Below are positions 16,810 to 28,145 of a DNA stretch of 64,000 bases, piece after piece. The stretch is from IMG/VR virus record IMGVR_UViG_3300046003_003079, one strand, 5' to 3'. Under the pieces are notes generated by a model, which saw only the letters and a program-made list of their open reading frames with translations, was not told where the DNA came from and made no database searches. A program made the translations under genes and the position numbers. Position 1 is the first letter of the stretch, and each line of letters starts with the position of its first letter. This stretch comes from an uncultured virus (IMG/VR IMGVR_UViG_3300046003_003079). Lineage: Duplodnaviria > Heunggongvirae > Uroviricota > Caudoviricetes > Crassvirales.

Positions 16810-18405
16810 ATGATACCAAAGCACGTATATCTTGACGGAGACGGTCAAGACAAACTAAAGGCTGGCATTAAGAAATTGTCAGGAGCAGTCAAATCAACCC
16901 TTGGTCCATTCGGCAGGAATGTAATCATGGAGTCAGAAAATCATGTAGGCGGTACGACAATCACAAAAGACGGTGTGTCAGTAGCCAAGAATATCAACCT
17001 GTATGACCCAGTAGAAAATCTTGCTGTAACAATCGTAAAAGAGGCCGCAAACCGAACTGCATCAGTAGCAGGCGACGGAACCAGTACTTCGATAGTACTT
17101 ACAGAGGCACTTCTAGACGAGGCTGAAAAAATGATTGACGACAAAACAAACGTCACAGAAGTCATCCGTCATATGAATGACATCAAAGAGGACGTGATCA
17201 AATACCTCAGCAAAAAATCAAAAAAAGTTACAGATCGTAACCTGTTGGATGTAGCAACAATATCCTCAAACAATGACCCAGTACTTGGGAAGCTTATTGC
17301 CGACATGTTCAAGAAAGTAAAAGTTGTAACAGTTGAGGATTCAAAAACTCCAACAACCCACACAGACGTTATCGAAGGGCTTAAGTTTGATCGCGGGTAT
17401 TCATCCGTTGCAATGATCACCAACGAAGAAATGGAAACATGTGAGTTAATCAATCCATTCATCCTACTTACAGACATGGAGATCAACAATCTTTCTCACA
17501 TGGAAAAGATACTTGTTCCAATCATGCAAGCAGACAGGTCTTTACTTATCATCGGACGCATGTCTCCAGCAGCAATCAACACATTCAATTTAAATATCAA
17601 GAAAGGCAACATCAAAGGATGCCATGTCGAGCCGCCAAATCACGGATACAGACAAAAAGAAATGATGCGCGATTTAGAGGCTGCATTCGACGCTAAATTC
17701 TATTCTGAAGAGATAGGAGATGGATTACATTTAATCACGTCAGAAGGGCTAGGAAATGCCGCAAAAGCGATTATATCAAAAGACAGAACAGTTCTATATC
17801 GCAAGGACGGACAAGATGATGAAAAATTGCAACACAGACTTGAAGAATTAAGAAGCAAACTTACTGGAGAACTTTCATTATTCGAAAAGAAAGACATCAC
17901 TGACCGAATTTCAAATATCGACGGTGGAGTTGGTATCATCTACGTTGGAGCCAATTCTCCAGTAGAAGCAAAAGAAAAGAAAGATCGAGCAGACGATGCA
18001 GTTCGCGCAGTATCTGCAGCGATGGAAGACGGAATCATTGCTGGAGGCGGTGTCTCACTATTCAACGCAGCATCTATTATTCCAGTTGATCATTTCGAGC
18101 AGAACAAAGATCTATATGCAGCGCGTGAGATCATGTCTCATGCATTAATGACTCCATTCAAGCAGATAATTATAAATGCAGGTCAAGATCCAAGAGTGAT
18201 CATGGATGAGATTGAATTCAAAGCAGAAGAAGGATACGGCAAAAATCTTAAGACTGGAAAGTTTGGGAACATGATTAAAATGGGAGTAACAGACCCAACT
18301 CTCGTGACTAAATCAGCACTTAACAATGCAGTATCAGTTGCTACAACAATCATTTCTTCAAGTGCAATAATCACAAATATGAGAGCAGATGAAAGCGTTA
18401 AATGA
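16810..18405 (+). CDS. groEL: Phage chaperonin GroEL (Cpn60)
   Basis: TLGPFGRNV, ITKDGVSVAK, AGDGTSTS, DRGY and GGGV motifs; probable ATG start at 16810 downstream of a promoter box. Confidence 0.95.
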   Translation: MIPKHVYLDGDGQDKLKAGIKKLSGAVKSTLGPFGRNVIMESENHVGGTTITKDGVSVAKNINLYDPVENLAVTIVKEAANRTASVAGDGTSTSIVLTEALLDEAEKMIDDKTNVTEVIRHMNDIKEDVIKYLSKKSKKVTDRNLLDVATISSNNDPVLGKLIADMFKKVKVVTVEDSKTPTTHTDVIEGLKFDRGYSSVAMITNEEMETCELINPFILLTDMEINNLSHMEKILVPIMQADRSLLIIGRMSPAAINTFNLNIKKGNIKGCHVEPPNHGYRQKEMMRDLEAAFDAKFYSEEIGDGLHLITSEGLGNAAKAIISKDRTVLYRKDGQDDEKLQHRLEELRSKLTGELSLFEKKDITDRISNIDGGVGIIYVGANSPVEAKEKKDRADDAVRAVSAAMEDGIIAGGGVSLFNAASIIPVDHFEQNKDLYAAREIMSHALMTPFKQIIINAGQDPRVIMDEIEFKAEEGYGKNLKTGKFGNMIKMGVTDPTLVTKSALNNAVSVATTIISSSAIITNMRADESVK

Positions 18406-18649
18406 TTTTATAATTATCAACAAGGTAATCGAGGAGCATAAAACTTCTGGAGGATTACTTTTAACTGCTGAAGACACGAAAGAATTACGGTACCAGAGGG
18501 GTACTGTAATTTCTTTTGGACCACTAGTCAAATCAGCTAGAGAAGGTGTTGATATTTACTACGACAAGGTTAATGCCTTTGACGTTAGAATGGACGGGGA
18601 ATTATTTACAATGATCAGAGAGCGCGATTTAATAGCGGTGTGTGAATGA
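18389..18649 (+). CDS. groES: Co-chaperonin GroES (Cpn10)
   Basis: MKALND.III...KTSGGLLL mobile loop, GTVISFG, IRERDLIAV; adjacent to groEL. Confidence 0.88.
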   Translation: MKALNDFIIINKVIEEHKTSGGLLLTAEDTKELRYQRGTVISFGPLVKSAREGVDIYYDKVNAFDVRMDGELFTMIRERDLIAVCE

Positions 18650-18787
18650 ATTGGTCAAAGGTAAATAAATCTACCAGCAAGCCACTAATGTGGTGGTATC
18701 ACAAATTTATGTGCGAACACGGATACAATATCGGAAATCTAAAAATGTACTACAAGCATCTGAATATCATGTGCAACAAGTATGGCA

Positions 18788-19318
18788 TTAACTTGTACGG
18801 GGATCATATACCGTACTAGTTGGAACACGTTGTTTTCGAACTTCTTCATTAAACTTTAAAATCCCCATGGCAAGAATCTTATCTGAGTAGGTTTCCCTTC
18901 TGAAGATAGGATTTTTTGCTGGGATTATACAAATCTCTTCTTGGAAATTTAAATTCTTGTACATCTCAGTTAGCATATATCTGCATTTACGAGTAACTTC
19001 ATAAAGTCTATGTTCACCACCCATTTTATCTCGGTACAAATGAATCCATCCGCCCTCTCTTAATTTCAAGAATCTTTTTCGGTCCCATCCAAAGAAGTTT
19101 CCATACTCAACAAACTTGTAGTAGTTAAAAAGTCCTTCAGAATATAAAAACAGCAGCATATCAAGCTCTGGCTCACGAAGTTTATTTCGTCTACATACAG
19201 TCCGTCTAATAATTCTCCAATACTTCAGCACATCAAGACTTGGCTCACGTCTGTAATAATGCTTTCTAACTATCTGTACTTCGTACTTCTTTTTCTTAAC
19301 TCTTCTTGCCATTTTCAA
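18788..19318 (-). CDS. Basic protein, possible winged-helix transcription regulator
   Basis: Lone antisense gene in the rightward arm; ELDMLLFLY...FLKLREGGWI...RLYEVT pattern resembles wHTH. Confidence 0.45.
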   Translation of the reverse strand: MKMARRVKKKKYEVQIVRKHYYRREPSLDVLKYWRIIRRTVCRRNKLREPELDMLLFLYSEGLFNYYKFVEYGNFFGWDRKRFLKLREGGWIHLYRDKMGGEHRLYEVTRKCRYMLTEMYKNLNFQEEICIIPAKNPIFRRETYSDKILAMGILKFNEEVRKQRVPTSTVYDPRTS

Positions 19319-19363
19319 TTATTTGTACAAATTTCGTAAATTTGCAGGTAAATAGCAATTAGT

Positions 19364-19707
19364 ATGAAAAATAAAGTTAGATATTCAGAAGTTACTGGCA
19401 TTGGTAAAATGATAGAAGTAAAAAAAGCTAGAGAAAAAGCAAAAGAAATGGATGAGGCCTTATTGGAAGCTAAAGCAATGAAGATCAAAAGAAAGTAATG
19501 AGAAAAGTTAATACCAGACTAGCAAAGTTAGTTAGAGGTGTAATTCATCCAGTAACAGCTGATGATAAAATACCTGCTGAAATACTTGCGTCTGGAGACA
19601 CTGCTATTGATAAATATGTGGGAGTTGATGCAGATGGTAATCCAGTATGGAAAACAGTAACTGGAGCTACTGGATCATCAAATGGCTATTATCCTCAAGG
19701 TTGGTAA
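19364..19707 (+). CDS. Two small hypothetical genes (19364-19498, 19498-19707)
   Basis: TAATG overlap; TAAATTTG promoter box upstream. Confidence 0.55.
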
Positions 19708-19722
19708 AATAAACGATAAATT

Positions 19723-21828
19723 ATGAGTAGTATTTCAAATACATTTGGTAATGAATTAGCATTACACTTATTTAACAATTCAGACATTGCTAATATAGGC
19801 GATGTTTCTGGATTACAAAATTCAGCAACTGTAGGTGACTTTTTTGTTGCACTACATACTGCTGATGCAGGAGATGCAGGAGATGCAACTACAAATGAGG
19901 CAGCATACGACGGATATGCTAGAGTTGCTGTTCCTAGAAGTGGAGCAGGATGGACAGTTGCACTTCGTAATATAAAAAATACGGCAGATGTTATTTTTCC
20001 GTCAAGAACTCTTGCAGGAACTGAAACACTTACACATTGGTCAATTGTAAAGGAATCAGCAGGAGTATCCGTGATTTTATTTAAAGGTTCTCTTGTTGAT
20101 CCTATTATTGTCACATTAAACATAGCACCAAGAATTACAGCTAACTCACTTCAAATAAACGTATAATGGCAATTACAGGATTAGATTCGATATATGCTGC
20201 CAAAGCAGCAGGTAAATCAAATAAAGGATTATTTCAGAAAACAACAGTCAACGGAGCTGCTTCCGCTGCAGGTAGATGGCATGAGTTTTTTACAGCAAAT
20301 GGTATTCCAACAGCAGGGGCATTTAGTGGTTCAGCAGGTGTTGCAACAGTTATGAATGGATCAACACAAGGGGCATTAAATGTTGGAACAGCTTCTGTAA
20401 CTCCAGATGTTCGTCATGCTACAGCTTTAAAGATTCAATCTCCAACAGCAACACTTGTTCCTACTACATTTTACCTTGTAGATTTCTTATTATATTATCC
20501 ATCGTTAGTTGTTACAGGCACTCCTACAGTATTAAATAATGCAGCAACACTTCCGAGATATACAAATGGTAATAATGTATTTCCAATTATTACTGTTCAA
20601 ACAGCATTAGGTGCTGCTTCTCCAGCGCTTACATTTACATATACAGATGATGGTGGGACAGGAAGTAATGTTGGTTTAGCAATGACATCTCCTGCCAATT
20701 CAGCCCCTGTATCTACATTGTTTTTAAACAATGGTAATCCATTCTTACCATTAGCAGGGACAGACAAAGGAGTTCGTAAAATTGATTCATATACATTAGC
20801 ATCTGGAACAACAGGAACCGTAGCTGTTTGTTTAGTAAAAGTTTTAGCAGAGATTGATATTTATGCTATCAATACAGGAAATTTAATTGATTTTTTAACT
20901 GGATCTGACATCTTACCTGTTATTGAGGATAATGCTTGTTTGGGGCTTATTGGAGTAACTGGTGGAGCGATGGTTTCGTCAAGTGTATTTAGTGGAACAT
21001 TATCAAATATTTGGGGATAATGATACTCGTAAACGGAAAAGAAGATTTTATTTCAGAAGAAGTTAATAATGGCTCTGTAATTGAATTTGAAGATGGAAGA
21101 TCTTTTAAAATTTACTCTACAGAGGAAGTTTCAGAGCTAATTGATGTACTTATTAAAATAAAAGACAATAATAATTTACAATGATTAGAGGATCTATAAT
21201 TAATTCTCAAAGAATTAAGGGAGGTATTGGTGTTGGAGGTAGTGGAGTTAGTATGCGATTTAAGTTAAATCGCATAAATCCAAGTGTTGCGTTACAATCA
21301 ATACCTCAAGTTTCTTCTATTACATCTTTTCCAAATGGATATAGACTACCCAAAGCGATATTATTTCCATTAGAAAATGGTGAAATTGCAGGCTACTCTT
21401 ATTCCGCATTTGATACTTCATGTAGTATTATAGGATTTGGATACATTGAAAGTTCTATTACAGTAACATTTACCGTTAGTTGTTCTGCTCAGTTATTAGC
21501 TGACATGTTTGGATCAACAACAGTAACATTTAGTACTCTATGTGAAGTTATTGGATATGGTTATATTCAAGGTACAGCAAATATTTCAGCATTACCTTCT
21601 GCAGCAGATATTGCAGGTGAGGTATTTGCTACTAAACTAGAAGGTGAATATTCTATGCGAGATATTATGAAATTAATGAGTGCTGTTTCATTTGGAAAAT
21701 CAACTATTGTAGATTTAGGAGGAGGTATAGCAACTGTAACATTCAGAGATATTAATGATACGGTTGATAGAGTTGAAGCAGATATGACAAGTTCAGAAAG
21801 AACAAACGTTACTAAAAACCTAAGTTAA
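19723..21828 (+). CDS. Putative virion structural/fibre-associated genes (19723-20166, 20166-21020, 21020-21184, 21181-21828)
   Basis: G/T/A/S-rich beta-type composition; VALHTAD.G...NEA.Y.GYARV motif seen in phage tail-associated proteins; AT-richer codon style than the core genes. Confidence 0.6.
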
Positions 21829-21854
21829 AAATAAATCACTAACTTTGTATTTCA

Positions 21855-22540
21855 ATGCAAATCAGGTTAATTAAAAAGCAAGTTGGGCTGGGTGATGCTG
21901 TAGAATCTGTATTAAAAATGACAGGTATCCATCAGTTGACCAATCTGATCGTAAATGGAGACACAAAAATACCTTGTGTGCCATGTATGGAAAGAAAAGA
22001 AAAGTTAAATAAGTAATTATGGCATTAGGCAAGACAGCACAGTTCTATAGAGATAATCCAGATTCCCGCAAGAAGCATCAGGAGACATCAAAAAAGGCAG
22101 CTGCAAAACCAGAAGCCATTAAGAAACGTACTGAGGCAAATGCAGCAAGAAAGAAGTTAGGTATTCCAAAAGGAAGTCCAATTGATGCAAGCCATAATAA
22201 AGACGGAACAATTGTTAAAGAACATCGCAAAACCAACAGGGGTCGCGGGGGATCAAAAAAGTGTTAAACTATGAACTACAACGACATACTAACAGCTAGA
22301 GCTGGATCAAAAGTAATCAATGATGCCACAGAATATGAAGGCACAATCTACAGAATCCAAGTATTGGAAGATACTGTATTTGCATCATTAAAGGTTGCTG
22401 GAGTGGACGTGAAATCAACATACATTTCAACACCAGCCACAGCAGTAAAAGCAGGAGCTATAATCACTCCAGTAGATATTAATAAGCCATTCTCGGCAGT
22501 TGATTTAACTAGCGGATCTATCTGCATAACTCTCGGATAA
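21855..22540 (+). CDS. Three small genes: 21855-22016 (GLGD..CxxC), 22019-22267 (basic, degenerate HNH-like DASH..NRGR), 22271-22540 (putative virion protein)
   Basis: ORF packing downstream of a promoter box at ~21840; motif recognition only. Confidence 0.55.
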
Positions 22541-22541
22541 T

Positions 22542-23005
22542 ATGACTGCTCTTAGTGTTATAGAACTATTAAAAAAACATAATCTGTTAGGATTTGTTGT
22601 TATTGCTGCATTCTATTTTAATACAAGGATGAATTCCTTTGAAGATAGACTAGCAGCATGTCAAGGAGAATTGATTTTAACATACAAGAGCATGTCATCA
22701 TCGGTTGATGTAAATGAAGATATTATGTATCGCGATATGCAATACGCAGTACTTCCAAATGATCCAGTAGGAAAAATAAAATGGGGTTAAGAAAAGTTAT
22801 AAGTGATACATTAAAGCCGAAAGGCAGATATGAGCTGAAAAGAATGGCAGCAATATCTGCATTTTTTGCTGCATTAATGTATGCATTCATTCCTATATTC
22901 AAGCCAGAATTTATAGTTCTTGAATTTGTTTTCTGGGGATTTGTAACATATTCAGCATCTGCAATTGGCCTTAGTGTTTGGAATAAAAAAATCGACAAAG
23001 AATGA
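22542..23005 (+). CDS. Two small membrane proteins, putative holin/antiholin (22542-22790, 22781-23005)
   Basis: One and two TM segments respectively, directly upstream of spanin and endolysin. Confidence 0.55.
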
Positions 23006-23487
23006 AATTTATAATCTACATGTTATTCGTAATATTAGCCGCCAGCTGTGATACAGCAAAGCAAGCAATCAAGCATCACAACAAAGCTGAAGCTCTTGGA
23101 TATGTTTATAAGTGCGATCCAGTAACGGTAACATTAAGAGATACTATCAAAGGCAAAGATGGCAAGGATTCTATTGTAGAGGTTTTAGTGGAAGTGCCAT
23201 GTCCAAAAGTCGAGCCACCTAAAACAAAGTGGGAGATTCGTCACATGGCAAAAGCTGAACGAGATAGTTTTGAACACGCTGAGAAGATGCTTAAACTAAA
23301 GAATAAGTTATTAGAGGATAGTCTTGCTGGATTATTGAAAATCAAGAAAGTCGAAAAGAAAATAGTCAACTCTGACAACAACGCTAAAAAGAAAATTGAG
23401 AAGCCATTTCCTTGGGGCGTATTCTTGGTTATTGTCGGCCTATTAATCATACTTATTTTATACTTAATCTACAAATTCAAAAAATAA
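23002..23487 (+). CDS. Putative unimolecular spanin
   Basis: N-terminal lipoprotein signal (LAAS-C) and C-terminal TM helix ending KFKK, within the lysis cassette. Confidence 0.7.
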   Translation: MKFIIYMLFVILAASCDTAKQAIKHHNKAEALGYVYKCDPVTVTLRDTIKGKDGKDSIVEVLVEVPCPKVEPPKTKWEIRHMAKAERDSFEHAEKMLKLKNKLLEDSLAGLLKIKKVEKKIVNSDNNAKKKIEKPFPWGVFLVIVGLLIILILYLIYKFKK

Positions 23488-24005
23488 TGAGCTACGACTT
23501 TTTAAAGAATGAGACTGCGCCACAGATATTAGTACAGGCAGTGAAGATGATTGGCGTAAAAGAAATTGCTGGATATAAACATAATCCAGAGATATTAAGA
23601 TGGGCCAAAGTAACTGGACTTGATAACGTATATAAGGCTGACGAAGTTCCTTGGTGCGGATTAGCTATTGCATACGCAGCTCACATGGCAAAAGTTGATT
23701 ACCCAAAACAACCATTATGGGCATTAAACTGGGCTAAATACGGAACAGAAGTAAGCGAGCCAATGCTTGGAGATATCCTTACATTTAAACGCGATGGTGG
23801 AGGTCATGTAGGTATTTATGTAGGAGAAGATAAAGATTGTTATCACGTCCTTGGAGGAAATCAAGGAAACATGATGTGTGTCACTAGAATACTTAAATCA
23901 AGACTTTATAAGGCAAGACGAACAGCATGGAAAGTATCTCAGCCAGCAAGTGTTCGGAAGATAGAATTAAGCGCAAAAGGAGAAATAAGCAAAAACGAAG
24001 CATAA
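23487..24005 (+). CDS. Endolysin, TIGR02594/CHAP-NlpC/P60-type
   Basis: DEVPWCG (catalytic Cys), GGHVG (His), LGGNQ; likely ATG at 23487 (TAATG overlap). Confidence 0.88.
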   Translation: MSYDFLKNETAPQILVQAVKMIGVKEIAGYKHNPEILRWAKVTGLDNVYKADEVPWCGLAIAYAAHMAKVDYPKQPLWALNWAKYGTEVSEPMLGDILTFKRDGGGHVGIYVGEDKDCYHVLGGNQGNMMCVTRILKSRLYKARRTAWKVSQPASVRKIELSAKGEISKNEA

Positions 24006-24006
24006 A

Positions 24007-24579
24007 ATGATTGAAGACGGAGTAAAATTTTTAGGTGTTGACGCGTCAGTACCTACACCAGAGAACAGATCATCCCAATCGAATGGGTTGTCATCAATGG
24101 TAACGATTGAAGAGATTGCAGAGAAAGTTGGAGCTATCAACGGTGGCGGTTCTGAATACACCGAAACAATAGTAAACATTTCATCTGCTGAGATATTTAA
24201 TAGCACAACAACAGCTATTGAATTACTACCAGCATTAACTGACAATAATAAGTATTATGATATTCAAAAAATTATTTTTGAGTATCAGGGTGGAGATACT
24301 GAATTTTCATATGACGGTAGTTATTGGAATATTCAGATTAGAGATAATGACATATTGTTTTTACTGAAACCTGAAATTTTAACTACAACAGATAAGAAGT
24401 ATGCCATTTATACTCCTTCATTAAATAGAAATGCTGACTCTGGAAGCATTTTTGTCCTTAGCGATTTTTCAATCGGTTCATCATTATATATTATAAGTAC
24501 TACTGATGATGTTATAACACAAGGAAACGGCACATTAAGAGTTAAAATCTACCACAAAACAATCACATTCGGGGCCTAA
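24007..24579 (+). CDS. Hypothetical, putative virion protein
   Basis: 190-aa ORF followed by a terminator at ~24612-24642. Confidence 0.6.
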   Translation: MIEDGVKFLGVDASVPTPENRSSQSNGLSSMVTIEEIAEKVGAINGGGSEYTETIVNISSAEIFNSTTTAIELLPALTDNNKYYDIQKIIFEYQGGDTEFSYDGSYWNIQIRDNDILFLLKPEILTTTDKKYAIYTPSLNRNADSGSIFVLSDFSIGSSLYIISTTDDVITQGNGTLRVKIYHKTITFGA

Positions 24580-24675
24580 CAACCACACATTAATGAGTAA
24601 TTAATGTCAGACCCTCAGCGCAATCTGAGGGTTTCTTTTTTTTAACTATATTTGCAGTAACTAAATTAAATCAAA

Positions 24676-25105
24676 ATGAAGAAATTATCAGAAAAGGAAT
24701 TGAGTGAACTTACTCACTTAACTAAGATGCATTCAGAACTTAGAAACAGAGTATCTGAATTAGCACTAGCTAACTTTCGAGCAGTATCACATCTAGAAAG
24801 TATTGACCACCAATTAAATGAGAAGCGATCAGCACTAGCCAAGAAATATGGAGAAGGAGCTTCCATTAATATGGAAACAGGCGAAGTCAATGTTAATTCG
24901 TAAGATATCAATAGGCACTGATCCTCTTCACTCGATGAACTTTCAAGTGGGAGGATCAGTTCTTTCTAATTCCCATGAGGTATCTGAGATTAGAAAGACA
25001 GATAACGGATTTGATGTTTGGGTGAAAAACAAGGACCAAGAGATCATTAAGTGGAAGTCAATAATCAATATGCCAGTAATGGTTGAACATTATCTAGAAT
25101 TCTAA
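24676..25105 (+). CDS. Two small conserved-looking proteins (24676-24903; 24890-25105)
   Basis: KKYGEGASINMETGE and IRKISIG...MPVMVEHYLEF; start of the packaging operon. Confidence 0.65.
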
Positions 25106-25683
25106 TGAGATCCCCAAACTGTTTTATAGCCAAACCAAAGGATGGAGATAGATACAGTAATAAAAAAGATGTTGAAGGAGTAGAATTAATCACCTCAGCA
25201 TCCAAAGAAGACCATCTATCTACACAACGAATAGCTGTGGTATTAAATACTCCAGTTAATTATTCTGGGCCAGTGTCAATTGGCGACGAAATAATCGTGC
25301 ATCATAATACATTCAGACTTTATAACGACATGAAAGGAAAGGAGCGTAGTTCTTGGTCTTTTATGTTTGGAGATAATTATCTAATCGATCCACTGGAAGC
25401 ATACGCATACAGATCAGCTGGAGGAGATTGGAATGCAATCGCGCCATTCTGTTTCGTTGAGCCAATTCAAAACGATAATTCAGCATCTACAGTGCATACG
25501 GCATCTGAGGAGGCATACCTTTTTGGTATCATGGTTTATCCAAATTCAGATCAATCGGACATAAAGTCAGGAACTAAGATTGGATTTATGCCAGACTCTG
25601 AATATGAATTCAATATTGAAGGAAGGAAGTTATATCGAATGAAAACAAATATGATATGTCTGAAAAGCGAACAGAAATACTAG
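25105..25683 (+). CDS. Putative GroES-fold (co-chaperonin-like) protein
   Basis: Two GroES-like halves (AVVLNTP...GDEIIVHH; GIMVY...GTKIGF...EFNIEGRKLYRM). Confidence 0.45.
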   Translation: MRSPNCFIAKPKDGDRYSNKKDVEGVELITSASKEDHLSTQRIAVVLNTPVNYSGPVSIGDEIIVHHNTFRLYNDMKGKERSSWSFMFGDNYLIDPLEAYAYRSAGGDWNAIAPFCFVEPIQNDNSASTVHTASEEAYLFGIMVYPNSDQSDIKSGTKIGFMPDSEYEFNIEGRKLYRMKTNMICLKSEQKY

Positions 25684-25940
25684 AGGCAGGACTTATTGCT
25701 GTAGATGAATTAATCAAGGTACTTAGAGATCCAATTCTTACTGGAGGCTCAGAAGACTTATCTGCTGACAAAATGAAGACTGCTGCAGCTGCAAAAAGAC
25801 TAGCATTTGAAGATGCAATCGCAATACTTACTAAGATCGAGGACGAACAGCCATCAGCTGATCAGGCAGATATTGCAGCAAAAGCTGCATTAATACCAAC
25901 ATCATTCGCTGAAAACTCAGCCAAAGACCCAAAGAAATAA
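25656..25940 (+). CDS. Hypothetical protein, candidate terminase small subunit
   Basis: Helical protein directly upstream of terL; positional inference. Confidence 0.4.
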   Translation: MSEKRTEILEAGLIAVDELIKVLRDPILTGGSEDLSADKMKTAAAAKRLAFEDAIAILTKIEDEQPSADQADIAAKAALIPTSFAENSAKDPKK

Positions 25941-28145
25941 ATGTCACTATACTCCATACTTGATAATGTTTTACCCGCTGGGACCGCCAAAAATAAAGGG
26001 TGGGATTATGGATACAACAAAAAACATGATATCATTGTCATATCTAAGGATGGAACCATAGGGGATATTTACGAAATAAACGGACTTAAAATTGCACTTC
26101 CATCAAAACCGAAAGACATTCCAAAAGGCATAAATAAATGGGAGCCAGTTGAATATCCGAAAGAACTAGCAAGACTCAAGACTATATTTGATTGGAACGC
26201 ACAGCCAAACGAATTCAAGGTAAAGTGGGTAGACTTCATTCAAGATGCATTCGAAAAAAGAGACGTTGGAACGTGGTTTATAAACAGAGGCAAGCCAACA
26301 TACATAACTGGAAGCCATTATATGTATTTGCAGTGGTCCAAGATCGATGTTGGACTACCAGACTTTCGTGAATCAAATAGGATCTTCTGGATCTTCTGGG
26401 AAGCATGCAAGGCAGACGACAGATGTTTTGGTATGTGCTATCTTAAGAATAGACGTTCTGGATTCTCATTCATGTCTTCATCCGAAATTGTCAATCAAGG
26501 TACATTATCAAAAGATGCAAAACTTGGCATCCTATCTAAGACTGGAGCCGATGCGAAAGAAATGTTTACTGGAAAGGTAGTTCCAATTCAGAGACACTAT
26601 CCGTTCTTCTTTAAGCCCATACAAGATGGTATGGATAATCCAAAGACTGAGCTTTCATTCCGAATTCCAGCCAAAAAGATTACCAAAAAGAACATGTCTG
26701 AGAATGACGTTGATGAGATAGCAGGACTAGACACAACTATCGATTGGCAGAATACAGCAGACAACTCATATGATGGTCAAAAGCTACTCACATTAGTTCA
26801 CGATGAATCTGGTAAATGGTTGGCACCCAACAACATAAAGAATAACTGGCGTGTAACAAAGACATGTTTACGACTTGGATCTAGAATCATCGGTAAGTGC
26901 TTAATGGGATCAACTGTTAATGCACTAGCTAAGGGAGGGCAGAATTTCAAGGATATGTACTATGACTCAAATCCATCTAAAAGAGATAAAAACGGTCAAA
27001 CAAAAAGCGGACTATACGCTCTATTCATACCAATGGATTATAACTATGAAGGATTCATAGATGAATACGGACATGCAGTCATTGAAGATCCATCGAAGCC
27101 AATCATGGGTATCGACGGTAGAATGATCGAGATTGGAGTTGTTACGTACTGGAATAATGAGATCGAAGCATTAAAGTCGGACCCAGATGCATTAAATGAG
27201 CAATACAGACAATACCCAAGAACTGAGTCTCACGCGTTCAGAGATGAGTCAAAGGCATCAATCTATAACTTAACAAAGATATATCAGCAGATCGACAGTA
27301 ATGAAGGTCTAATGCGAGACAGAGTGCTTACACGAGGTTATTTTTCATGGAGAGGAGGAGTACAAGATTCTGAGGTTATATGGACTCCAGATCCAAGAGG
27401 TAGATTCCTAGTATCTTGGATTCCGCCAAAAGATATGCAGAATAGGTTTATCATGAAGGAAGGCAAAAAGCATCCAGCAAATGAAGACTTAGGCGCATTT
27501 GGATGTGACCCTTATGATATTTCTGGTGTAGTAGGAGGAGGAGGATCGAACGGTGCACTTCATGGACTTACCGCATACAACATGGACCCATCGGTCCCAT
27601 CTAACTTTTTCTTCCTTGAGTACATTGCACGTCCAGCAACTGCAGAGATATTCTTCGAGGACGTACTTATGGCTTGTCATTTCTACGGCATGCCAATACT
27701 TGCAGAAAACAACAAGGCAAGACTTTTGTATCACTTCAAAAACAGAGGATACAGAAAGTATTCAATCAATCGTCCAGACAAGCCGTTAGAAAAGCTATCT
27801 CCAACAGAGAAAGAACTCGGTGGTGTACCTAACTCGTCGGAAGACATGATTCAGACTCATGCCGCTGGCATTGGATCGTACATTGAACAGTATGTTGGAT
27901 ATGACACAGAAGGTGAATATAGAAGTCCAGAATTTTGTGGAGAGATGTATTTCAACAAGACTCTAGAAGACTGGGCTAAATTCACTCCATCTAATAGAAC
28001 CAAGCATGATGCATCCATTTCATCTGGACTTGCAATCATGGCGGTTAGACGACACAGCTTTAGACCTCAAACCAAAAAGTCGAAAATTTCCATTAACTTT
28101 GTAAAATACAACAATAATGGTCACAATAGCGAGATAATTAAATGA
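25941..28145 (+). CDS. terL: Terminase large subunit
   Basis: Walker A-like KNRRSGFS, Walker B LVHDESG, coupling GST, RNase H-like nuclease FGCDPYD and AENN. Confidence 0.9.
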   Translation: MSLYSILDNVLPAGTAKNKGWDYGYNKKHDIIVISKDGTIGDIYEINGLKIALPSKPKDIPKGINKWEPVEYPKELARLKTIFDWNAQPNEFKVKWVDFIQDAFEKRDVGTWFINRGKPTYITGSHYMYLQWSKIDVGLPDFRESNRIFWIFWEACKADDRCFGMCYLKNRRSGFSFMSSSEIVNQGTLSKDAKLGILSKTGADAKEMFTGKVVPIQRHYPFFFKPIQDGMDNPKTELSFRIPAKKITKKNMSENDVDEIAGLDTTIDWQNTADNSYDGQKLLTLVHDESGKWLAPNNIKNNWRVTKTCLRLGSRIIGKCLMGSTVNALAKGGQNFKDMYYDSNPSKRDKNGQTKSGLYALFIPMDYNYEGFIDEYGHAVIEDPSKPIMGIDGRMIEIGVVTYWNNEIEALKSDPDALNEQYRQYPRTESHAFRDESKASIYNLTKIYQQIDSNEGLMRDRVLTRGYFSWRGGVQDSEVIWTPDPRGRFLVSWIPPKDMQNRFIMKEGKKHPANEDLGAFGCDPYDISGVVGGGGSNGALHGLTAYNMDPSVPSNFFFLEYIARPATAEIFFEDVLMACHFYGMPILAENNKARLLYHFKNRGYRKYSINRPDKPLEKLSPTEKELGGVPNSSEDMIQTHAAGIGSYIEQYVGYDTEGEYRSPEFCGEMYFNKTLEDWAKFTPSNRTKHDASISSGLAIMAVRRHSFRPQTKKSKISINFVKYNNNGHNSEIIK

